Below, piece after piece: positions 1 to 6,074 of a stretch of DNA of 64,000 nucleotides (positions are counted from its first letter, which is position 1; each line of letters opens with the position of its first letter). Both the position numbers and the translations under genes were made by a program. Source of the DNA: a virus. The stretch is from the IMG/VR virus record IMGVR_UViG_3300043112_000063, positions 38,046 through 102,045 of that record. The stretch is one strand, 5' to 3'. Below the pieces are notes generated by a model, which was not told the origin of the DNA, ran no database searches, and saw only the letters and a program-made list of their open reading frames with translations.

Positions 1-35
1 GAAGGTTGTAGGTTCAAGTCCTATCGTGTTCACCA
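1..35 (+). tRNA. 3' part of a tRNA truncated by the window edge (identity unknown)
   Basis: T-arm GTAGG-TTCAAGT-CCTAT, acceptor 3' strand and encoded ACCA. Confidence 0.8.
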
Positions 36-182
36 ACAATTAAATAAAACAAGGTTTACCCCGATTCCTTATAAAAAAATCGGGGCGTGGTGGTAACATT
101 CAGAAGATAAGGTAAGCTTAAAGTAATTTTAAAAACTCCCTTATCTTACTAAAGACCTAAGCTTATAGGGTCTTTAGGTTAT

Positions 183-258
183 CGAGGTGTAGCTCAGTAG
201 GAAGAGCGCCTGGTTTGGGACCAGGAGGCCGTAGGTTCGAGACCTATCACTTCGACCA
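183..258 (+). tRNA. tRNA-Pro(TGG)
   Basis: Cloverleaf; anticodon arm CCTGG-TT TGG GA-CCAGG; CCA end. Confidence 0.95.
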
Positions 259-304
259 TTTATAAATTATGTTGCGCTTGTTGAAAAGCTTGTGTGACTC
301 TCGA

Positions 305-380
305 GGTTCTGAGGTGTAATTGGATGCATGTCTGGTTGTCAGCCAGGAGGAAGCGGGTTCGAACCCCGTCTGGACCGCCA
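305..380 (+). tRNA. tRNA-Asp(GTC)
   Basis: TCTGG-TT GTC AG-CCAGG; G73; CCA; A at position 8. Confidence 0.9.
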
Positions 381-554
381 TTAAAAAATTACCGAGTATT
401 ACGGTTAGAATATAGTACACGAGGAAGATAATGATAGCATTAGTATTACGACAATATTTATATTTGAGTTCTTACTGGTTATGCTCAGAGTCTGAAAAAA
501 GACAATCTTTTTATCGTGGGTTAATGTTGGTGTAATCACACCGATTTATTTATT

Positions 555-589
555 ACCTACGACATTTATAATCGTAGGTTTTTTATTTT
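555..589 (+). terminator. Putative intrinsic terminator inside the tRNA array
   Basis: ACCTACGA/TCGTAGGT stem followed by T-run. Confidence 0.55.
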
Positions 590-665
590 GTAGGTAGAAG
601 GCGTATATCTACGGATATACAAGTGTTGTCACACACTTAACCACTGACGAGTGGTAGTGACATTT

Positions 666-750
666 GGCGTTGAGGACGATATAGGTCGAGTCGCAGGGCT
701 TTCAACCCTGTTCATATGTTAAGTGGGTTCGATTCCCATCAACGTCACCA
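666..750 (+). tRNA. tRNA-Glu(TTC) with 12-nt variable region
   Basis: CAGGG-CT TTC AA-CCCTG; variable region TTCATATGTTAA; T-arm GTGGG-TTCGATT-CCCAT; ACCA. Confidence 0.85.
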
Positions 751-754
751 ATAC

Positions 755-844
755 GGAGGATTAGTCAAACGGTTACGACAGCGGCTTGCTAAGCCGTCAA
801 GTCCCGAAAGGGATGTGCAGGTTCGAGTCCTGTATCCTCCGCCA
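755..844 (+). tRNA. tRNA-Ser(GCT)
   Basis: GCGGC-TT GCT AA-GCCGT; long variable arm; G73; CCA. Confidence 0.95.
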
Positions 845-980
845 GATAGTTAACAACAAAATATTCAAGGGATAGCACTGCTGGCCACAGGAAAGTAAAC
901 CCAAGTATAGTTGAGTAAACTCGAGATGACATCCTCATTGAATTGGGAATAGTGAATTATTTGAATATTTTGTTTATTAT

Positions 981-1055
981 AGGAGTGTAGCCAAATGGAA
1001 AGGCACTTGACTTTGAATCAAGTAATTGGAGGTTCGAATCCTCTCACTCCCACCA
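981..1055 (+). tRNA. tRNA-Gln(TTG)
   Basis: CTTGA-CT TTG AA-TCAAG; CCA. Confidence 0.93.
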
Positions 1056-1195
1056 AAAAATTAATAATACAAGAAGTTATCGAAACGAGTGTTTAGTAAA
1101 GTGGTCAATACTTGTACACCAAAACAAGCACACCATTTGAAAGACACGAGGAGTAAATAGTGTTGGATTGGTAATCCTGAACTTGTATTATATAT

Positions 1196-1284
1196 GGGGA
1201 TGCGACAACGATGGCGTGTTGTAACAGGCTGTAACCCTGTCGCCTTAACGGGCTTAGTAGGTTCGAATCCTATCATCCTCACCA
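1196..1284 (+). tRNA. tRNA-Tyr(GTA)
   Basis: ACAGG-CT GTA AC-CCTGT; long variable arm; A73; atypical C8 and 5-bp D-stem. Confidence 0.9.
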
Positions 1285-1287
1285 TAC

Positions 1288-1363
1288 AGGAGTGTAGTTC
1301 AATTGGTAGAACGTTGGTCTCCAAAACCAAATGTTGCAGGTTCGAGTCCTGTCATTCCTGCCA
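1288..1363 (+). tRNA. tRNA-Trp(CCA)
   Basis: TTGGT-CT CCA AA-ACCAA; G73; CCA. Confidence 0.95.
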
Positions 1364-1385
1364 TTATAATACGAAAGGAACTAAA

Positions 1386-1817
1386 ATGATAGACGAGTTT
1401 AGAAAAGAATACAGTTTTTTGAGTAACTTTTATACAGTACCGCTAGTATATAAGGGTCTTGGTTATCCAAGTGCTGAGAACGCATTCCAAGCACAAAAAT
1501 CAACGGAAGAATATCATAAGTTTGCATTTACACACATTACTCCAAAAGAAGCAAAACAATTAGGTAAGCGAGTTCCATTAAGAAGAGATTGGGAAAGAAT
1601 AAAAGATACCATAATGTATGAAATATGTAAAGAAAAGTTTAAGAATAAAGAATTAAGAAAACGCCTACTCGATACTGGTAGTGAGCCTTTAAAAGAAGGA
1701 AACTACTGGCATGATACTTACTGGGGCGTATCCTTAAAAACTGGTAAGGGACTAAATAAACTTGGGAATATTTTAATGCAGATTAGGGAGGAAATACGTG
1801 AAGGAGAGATTACGTAG
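1386..1817 (+). CDS. NADAR (YbiA/RibX-like) family hydrolase
   Basis: FLSNFY, SAENAFQAQK, DTYWG, GLNKLGNILMQIRE motifs; start moved to ATG 1386 after SD GAAAGGA because the longer ORF overlaps two tRNAs. Confidence 0.9.
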   Translation: MIDEFRKEYSFLSNFYTVPLVYKGLGYPSAENAFQAQKSTEEYHKFAFTHITPKEAKQLGKRVPLRRDWERIKDTIMYEICKEKFKNKELRKRLLDTGSEPLKEGNYWHDTYWGVSLKTGKGLNKLGNILMQIREEIREGEIT

Positions 1818-2169
1818 AATAAAAGAATTAACTAAACATAAAGTAGCATTTTTTAAATACGAAAAGAAAATACTTGGTAAACACACTCTTAGAGGGCTAA
1901 CACACGATTTAGATAAGTTACTGTTATACCTAACACCCTTACCGATAAAATACGTTAGAGCGCGACATAAAGCCCGTGCTAGACACCATAATCCAACTAC
2001 AACTAGAGATTATGAGGAGAAACTTGTTGATTATGAGTGTGCTAGGTTTACAAAAAGAAATAGTAAATTAACAGCAATACAATACATAAAGAAAAAATAT
2101 CCTTATGAGAAAAATATACACAGAATAACTCTGTTAGCATTAGCTCAATATTACGGACTAAAGGAGTAG
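1798..2169 (+). CDS. HD-like (DUF5662-type) protein
   Basis: H...THDLDK...HH...DYECARFTK pattern. Confidence 0.55.
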   Translation: MKERLRRIKELTKHKVAFFKYEKKILGKHTLRGLTHDLDKLLLYLTPLPIKYVRARHKARARHHNPTTTRDYEEKLVDYECARFTKRNSKLTAIQYIKKKYPYEKNIHRITLLALAQYYGLKE

Positions 2170-2174
2170 ATTAG

Positions 2175-2798
2175 ATGGAATATGTGATATCAGACTTACA
2201 CGGTAATCACACTAAATTACGGGAAAGAACAAGAACACAATTTAAAACTAATGAGGAAATGTCTGAACACATTGTGAGTTGTTGGAATAAAACCGTTAGT
2301 AAAAATGATATTGTCTATTTACTTGGAGATGTTGGAGATAAAAAGTTTATTGAAAAATATATACCACAATTAAGAGGAACAATAGCACTTATATTAGGTA
2401 ATCATGACGGATATAGTAAAACATTTTATAGAAAACATTTCGACTATGTTTATAATAAGCCTTTTTGGTTATCAAGAAGAATATTATTATCACACTATCC
2501 ACAACCAGTAGAAGACGGGAAAATAAACATACACGGACATACTCACGACATATCATTAAGTTTAGGTAATTATTTTAATGTTAGTGTTGATGTTGTTGAT
2601 TATACTCCTGTAAAAATGAAACGTTTTTACGACGAACTTGGAAAAATAAACAAGCCGAATTGTAAGTTTATGTATGAGTGGTATGCTAAGTATCAAATTC
2701 CAGTTTTACATAGAGATAAAGTAGTGCTAAAGAAAAACGGTTTAGTAAATGTAAATAAATCTAGACGTAAATTATACGGTACTACATACGACGTATAG
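2175..2798 (+). CDS. Calcineurin-like metallophosphoesterase
   Basis: SDLH, LGD, GNHD, SH, HGHTH motifs. Confidence 0.9.
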   Translation: MEYVISDLHGNHTKLRERTRTQFKTNEEMSEHIVSCWNKTVSKNDIVYLLGDVGDKKFIEKYIPQLRGTIALILGNHDGYSKTFYRKHFDYVYNKPFWLSRRILLSHYPQPVEDGKINIHGHTHDISLSLGNYFNVSVDVVDYTPVKMKRFYDELGKINKPNCKFMYEWYAKYQIPVLHRDKVVLKKNGLVNVNKSRRKLYGTTYDV

Positions 2799-2857
2799 GA
2801 GGTTCCATATGAAAAAATTAAATGCCTTGTAATTAAATAATTAAGGAGGCGTTCAAA

Positions 2858-3097
2858 TTGATTAATGGACACAATGAAACACAAAGAAGACTTGAGAAAC
2901 AATACAAAACCTGCCCGAGGAATAATGTCTACTATAATGGTGAAAAAGGCTATTATGTAGAGGAGAAATGGAAACCTAAGGCTGCTATTAAGTTTAAGAA
3001 AAAAGAAAACAATAGGAGACTTAGACGATACAAAGGAGAATTAAGTAACGGTAATTATTATCGTAAAGTTTCGGAGATGTGGTGGGATATTTATTAA
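2858..3097 (+). CDS. Hypothetical basic protein
   Basis: SD AAGGAGG upstream; 79 aa. Confidence 0.65.
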   Translation: MINGHNETQRRLEKQYKTCPRNNVYYNGEKGYYVEEKWKPKAAIKFKKKENNRRLRRYKGELSNGNYYRKVSEMWWDIY

Positions 3098-3150
3098 AAG
3101 AAAATAAGGGCATTCAGTAATCTTCGGACACTGTTGTTAGTCCCGTACTT

Positions 3151-3227
3151 TGCGGGGGAGTGAAACGGATAATCATATTGGGCTCATTACCCAAAGATAG
3201 CAGGTTCGACTCCTGCACCCGCAACCA
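3151..3227 (+). tRNA. tRNA-Met(CAT), initiator-like
   Basis: TTGGG-CT CAT TA-CCCAA (three G-C pairs next to the loop); GCGGG acceptor; U37. Confidence 0.88.
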
Positions 3228-3253
3228 TTTTAATTTTTTGGAGGAGATAATAT

Positions 3254-3349
3254 ATGTGGAAGTATATTAAAAGAATTTTTACAGTAGATAGAGAATACAA
3301 ACGTTTATTACTTATTAGAGAAATTGAAGAGAACTTAAGATTTAAGTAA
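3254..3349 (+). CDS. 31-aa small protein MWKYIKRIFTVDREYKRLLLIREIEENLRFK
   Basis: Strong SD GGAGGAG; fills gap between tRNAs; below ORF-track cut-off. Confidence 0.55.
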   Translation: MWKYIKRIFTVDREYKRLLLIREIEENLRFK

Positions 3350-3364
3350 TCTTAGGTATCTAAT

Positions 3365-3440
3365 GTACCAGTAGCTCAACTGGATGAGCACGGTCCTTCT
3401 AAGGCCGCGGATACAGGTTCGAATCCTGTCTGGTACGCCA
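3365..3440 (+). tRNA. tRNA-Arg(TCT)
   Basis: CGGTC-CT TCT AA-GGCCG; CCA. Confidence 0.95.
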
Positions 3441-3464
3441 TTATAAGAAAGGAATATATTTTAT

Positions 3465-4094
3465 ATGAAGGGTTTATTTATTACGTTTGAAGGAGTAGAG
3501 GGTTCTGGAAAAACTACCATCATCTCTAATGTTTATAAACAACTTAAAGAAAAAGGTTTTGATGTTTTGGTAACAAGGGAGCCTGGAGGAATTAAAATAG
3601 CAGAACAAATAAGAAAGGTTATTTTAGATGTTACAAATACCGAGATGGACAAAAGAACCGAAGCCCTACTTTTTGCGGCGGCAAGAAGACAACACCTAGT
3701 AGAAAAGATAATACCAGCATTAAACGAGGATAAAATAGTTTTGTGCGATAGGTTTATTGACAGCTCATTAGTTTATCAAGGTTTAGCAAGAGATTTAGGA
3801 GTAGACGCTGTATATGATGTTAATAGATTTGCTATTGGAAGTCATATGCCTAACTTAACTATATTACTTGATGTTGAGCCAGAAATAGGACTAAAAAGGA
3901 TTATGAACAGTACTAGAGAAGTTAATAGATTAGATTTAGAGAAATTAGACTTTCATAAAAAGATATATTTTGGATATAGAGATTTTGCTTTACAGTTTCC
4001 AAATAGAATTAAAACTGTTGACGCAGAACAAGAAGTAAGTAAAGTACTAGAAGATTGTATGAAAATAATTATTAGTAAAATAAACGAAAAATAG
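3465..4094 (+). CDS. tmk: Thymidylate kinase
   Basis: FITFEGVEGSGKTT P-loop, TREPGG, LLFAAARRQH, CDRFIDSSLVYQG. Confidence 0.96.
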   Translation: MKGLFITFEGVEGSGKTTIISNVYKQLKEKGFDVLVTREPGGIKIAEQIRKVILDVTNTEMDKRTEALLFAAARRQHLVEKIIPALNEDKIVLCDRFIDSSLVYQGLARDLGVDAVYDVNRFAIGSHMPNLTILLDVEPEIGLKRIMNSTREVNRLDLEKLDFHKKIYFGYRDFALQFPNRIKTVDAEQEVSKVLEDCMKIIISKINEK

Positions 4095-4096
4095 TT

Positions 4097-4172
4097 GTAT
4101 CCGTAGCTTAACTGGAAAAGCATTGGTCTACGGAACCAAAGGATGAAGGTTCGACTCCTTTCGGATATGCCA
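4097..4172 (+). tRNA. tRNA-Arg(ACG)
   Basis: TTGGT-CT ACG GA-ACCAA; CCA. Confidence 0.95.
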
Positions 4173-4175
4173 TAT

Positions 4176-4305
4176 GGCGAGATGGCGGAAATACGTTAGA
4201 CGTACCCTCAGGAAAGAGGGGAAGGTAATAGGATAATTAGGTGAAGTCGACTATAAACTAGTTACAAATAACTTCGTGTAGGTTCAAATCCTACTCTCGC
4301 TACCA
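4176..4305 (+). ncRNA. 130-nt tRNA-like RNA (Leu-like acceptor and D/T arms, no canonical anticodon loop, very long extra arm)
   Basis: GGCGAGA/TCTCGCT-ACCA; T-arm GTAGG-TTCAAAT-CCTAC; hairpin CCCTC-AGGAAA-GAGGG; ~55-nt GAAG...CTTC arm. Confidence 0.8.
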
Positions 4306-4412
4306 TTAAAAATAAAGGTTAATAGTAAGTAGAGGAGATTAATTATTTACTATTGTAAAGAACTGAAAACCCGTTTAATCAATGTTTGCCGAGGCAGTTC
4401 TTCCCTTATATA

Positions 4413-4487
4413 CACGCAGTAGCCAAGAGGAAAGGCGGTAGGTTGCAAACCTGTCTATCGTGGGTTCGATTCCCATCTGCGTGTCCA
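4413..4487 (+). tRNA. tRNA-Cys(GCA)
   Basis: GTAGG-TT GCA AA-CCTGT; U73 discriminator; CCA. Confidence 0.93.
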
Positions 4488-4571
4488 AAAATAAATAATT
4501 TGGAAATACATTAGTTTATAGGGATGTACAGTTAGGTTGATGGGTGTGAACGGGTTAGACTTAACATAGAT

Positions 4572-4659
4572 GGAGGAGTGCACTAATTGGTAGGTGACCT
4601 GTCTTGAAAACAGACGTGCGAGCAATCGTGTGCAGGTTCGAGTCCTGTCTCCTCCGCCA
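4572..4659 (+). tRNA. tRNA-Ser(TGA)
   Basis: CCTGT-CT TGA AA-ACAGA; long variable arm; G73. Confidence 0.93.
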
Positions 4660-4682
4660 GATTTAATTTTAAGGGAGTAGTT

Positions 4683-4904
4683 ATGTTTAGATTAGAATAT
4701 ATCAATAGAAATACTACAAACAAGTGGGAGTTTATTGACAACTTTAAAACGGAAAAGGAAGCACACGATAATATGAAAGAGTTTTTTCGTAAGCATAACT
4801 TTACTTCTTACTATTTAAGAATGATGGCTGAAGACGACGAAGGTTATAAATGGTATGATTTTGGTAGTCACAGTCAATTCTACAGAATCAAAGAAGTACA
4901 ATAA
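4683..4904 (+). CDS. Hypothetical protein
   Basis: SD AAGGGAG; 73 aa. Confidence 0.75.
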   Translation: MFRLEYINRNTTNKWEFIDNFKTEKEAHDNMKEFFRKHNFTSYYLRMMAEDDEGYKWYDFGSHSQFYRIKEVQ

Positions 4905-4909
4905 AATAT

Positions 4910-4985
4910 GTGGACGTAGCTCAGTTGGAAGAGCAGCGGACTTTTAATTCGCGGGTCGGAGGTTCGAGCCCTCTCGTCCACACCA
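4910..4985 (+). tRNA. tRNA-Lys(TTT)
   Basis: GCGGA-CT TTT AA-TTCGC; CCA. Confidence 0.95.
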
Positions 4986-5100
4986 AATTAATAAACTTTT
5001 CTAGAAGACGCTAATCCTATTAGTAAGATATTAAGTTGTCAACGTACTGAAAATAGGAAATTAAAGAATGACAGACTTGGTGTTTTCTAGAACGTTATAT

Positions 5101-5494
5101 GGGGTTGTACTGGATTCGACAGAGTAATAAGAGTATAATTAGCATAGGTTCGGTGGAACTAAAACACACGATTAAATAATCGGAAACTTATTTACAAAAG
5201 CAGTTAGTTGGGTAAAGAGTTTATTCTCTAGACCAACTGTTGCACTTTCAGTCTAAGAAGAGATTGAACGGTTTACTACAATTTTAGTTATTATTTGTAG
5301 ATAAACTGACAGTAAAATAACTAGCTCTATTCGATGTCGGGAGGGTAGAGATGTAAATGGCCGATGAATTGTTGCGTGGTGTTTGTTTATTTAAAAACGT
5401 AATGGATTCTAAAATAAAAGAAAATAAACTAACTATGTAGAATATTGTATCACTGTTATTGTGGACAGGGGTTCAACTCCCCTCAACTCCACCA
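5101..5494 (+). ncRNA. ssrA: tmRNA; predicted tag (A)GNLFTKAVSWVKSLFSRPTVALSV at 5182-5256
   Basis: 5' GGGGTTGTACTGGATTCGAC; 3' GACAGGGGTTCAACTCCCCTCAACTCCACCA; G3-U70 pair; 394 nt; short reading frame after ATAATC. Confidence 0.95.
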
Positions 5495-5636
5495 AATAAA
5501 ACATATAAAGAGATAACGGCCTTAAACTTTAGTGATTAAGACGGAATTCCTCAGAGGAGATATCGATAAATACTGAAACCTCTAAACGTGTAAATAAGCC
5601 ATACTTGTGATTACACTTATCTCTTTATGTATATAC

Positions 5637-5723
5637 GGGTATGTGACGCAACTGGTAGACGTGATGGACTTAAAATCCATTGGTCGTAAGGCCTTGAGGG
5701 TTCGACTCCCTTCATACCCACCA
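5637..5723 (+). tRNA. tRNA-Leu(TAA)
   Basis: ATGGA-CT TAA AA-TCCAT; variable arm; A73; CCA. Confidence 0.95.
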
Positions 5724-5743
5724 TTAAAAGAAAGAAGGAAATT

Positions 5744-5968
5744 ATGTTTAGTTTACAGAAACTTATATATGAAGTTATATCACCAAGATTATCGAATAAA
5801 TCTAATTATATTGCTTATTTAGGAAATAGTAGAGAAAATTATTTACGTTTTAAAAAAACATTCAAATACGATAAAAAATTAGTTTTTGTTTGTGATTACT
5901 CTAATGTTGCTGGAAGAGCTTTTGTTGGCTATATAATTGATGCTGAATTATTATCGGATTTTCTATAA
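5744..5968 (+). CDS. Hypothetical protein
   Basis: SD GAAGGA; 74 aa. Confidence 0.6.
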   Translation: MFSLQKLIYEVISPRLSNKSNYIAYLGNSRENYLRFKKTFKYDKKLVFVCDYSNVAGRAFVGYIIDAELLSDFL

Positions 5969-5974
5969 TAAACA

Positions 5975-6000
5975 AGACAGTCACTTTGTTGACTGTTTTT
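5975..6000 (+). terminator. Intrinsic terminator ending the tRNA region
   Basis: GACAGTCA/TGACTGTT stem plus T-run. Confidence 0.65.
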
Positions 6001-6020
6001 AGTTTGTCAACTATTAACTC

Positions 6021-6049
6021 TTTACATTTCATACCCTTTATGGTATAAT
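6021..6049 (+). promoter_or_regulatory. sigmaA-type promoter with extended -10
   Basis: TTTACA-17 bp-TATAAT with TG at -15/-14; same class at 13374, 24640, 29122, 33067 (+) and about 46059-46087 (-). Confidence 0.8.
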
Positions 6050-6074
6050 ATTTAAAGTAGGGGAGGTTTTTTTT

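Noticed and set aside
431-523. 30-codon ORF MIALVLRQYLYLSSYWLCSESEKRQSFIVG
   Set aside because: Weak support; SD and 3' end coincide with a closing RNA stem, so a structured RNA is at least as likely
644-650. CTGACGA hammerhead-like core
   Set aside because: No correctly placed GAAA or UH cleavage site; the bases form the ACCACT/AGTGGT hairpin
666-750. Possible selenocysteine or suppressor tRNA (TTCA in loop, long variable region)
   Set aside because: The 7-nt loop centres on TTC and the acceptor/T stems are 7/5, not Sec-like
1061-1330. 89-aa minus-strand ORF and the N-terminal 64 codons of ORF 1194-1817
   Set aside because: They overlap tRNA-Tyr and tRNA-Trp; NADAR similarity starts at ATG 1386
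5607-5822. 71-aa ORF
   Set aside because: Runs through tRNA-Leu; no SD
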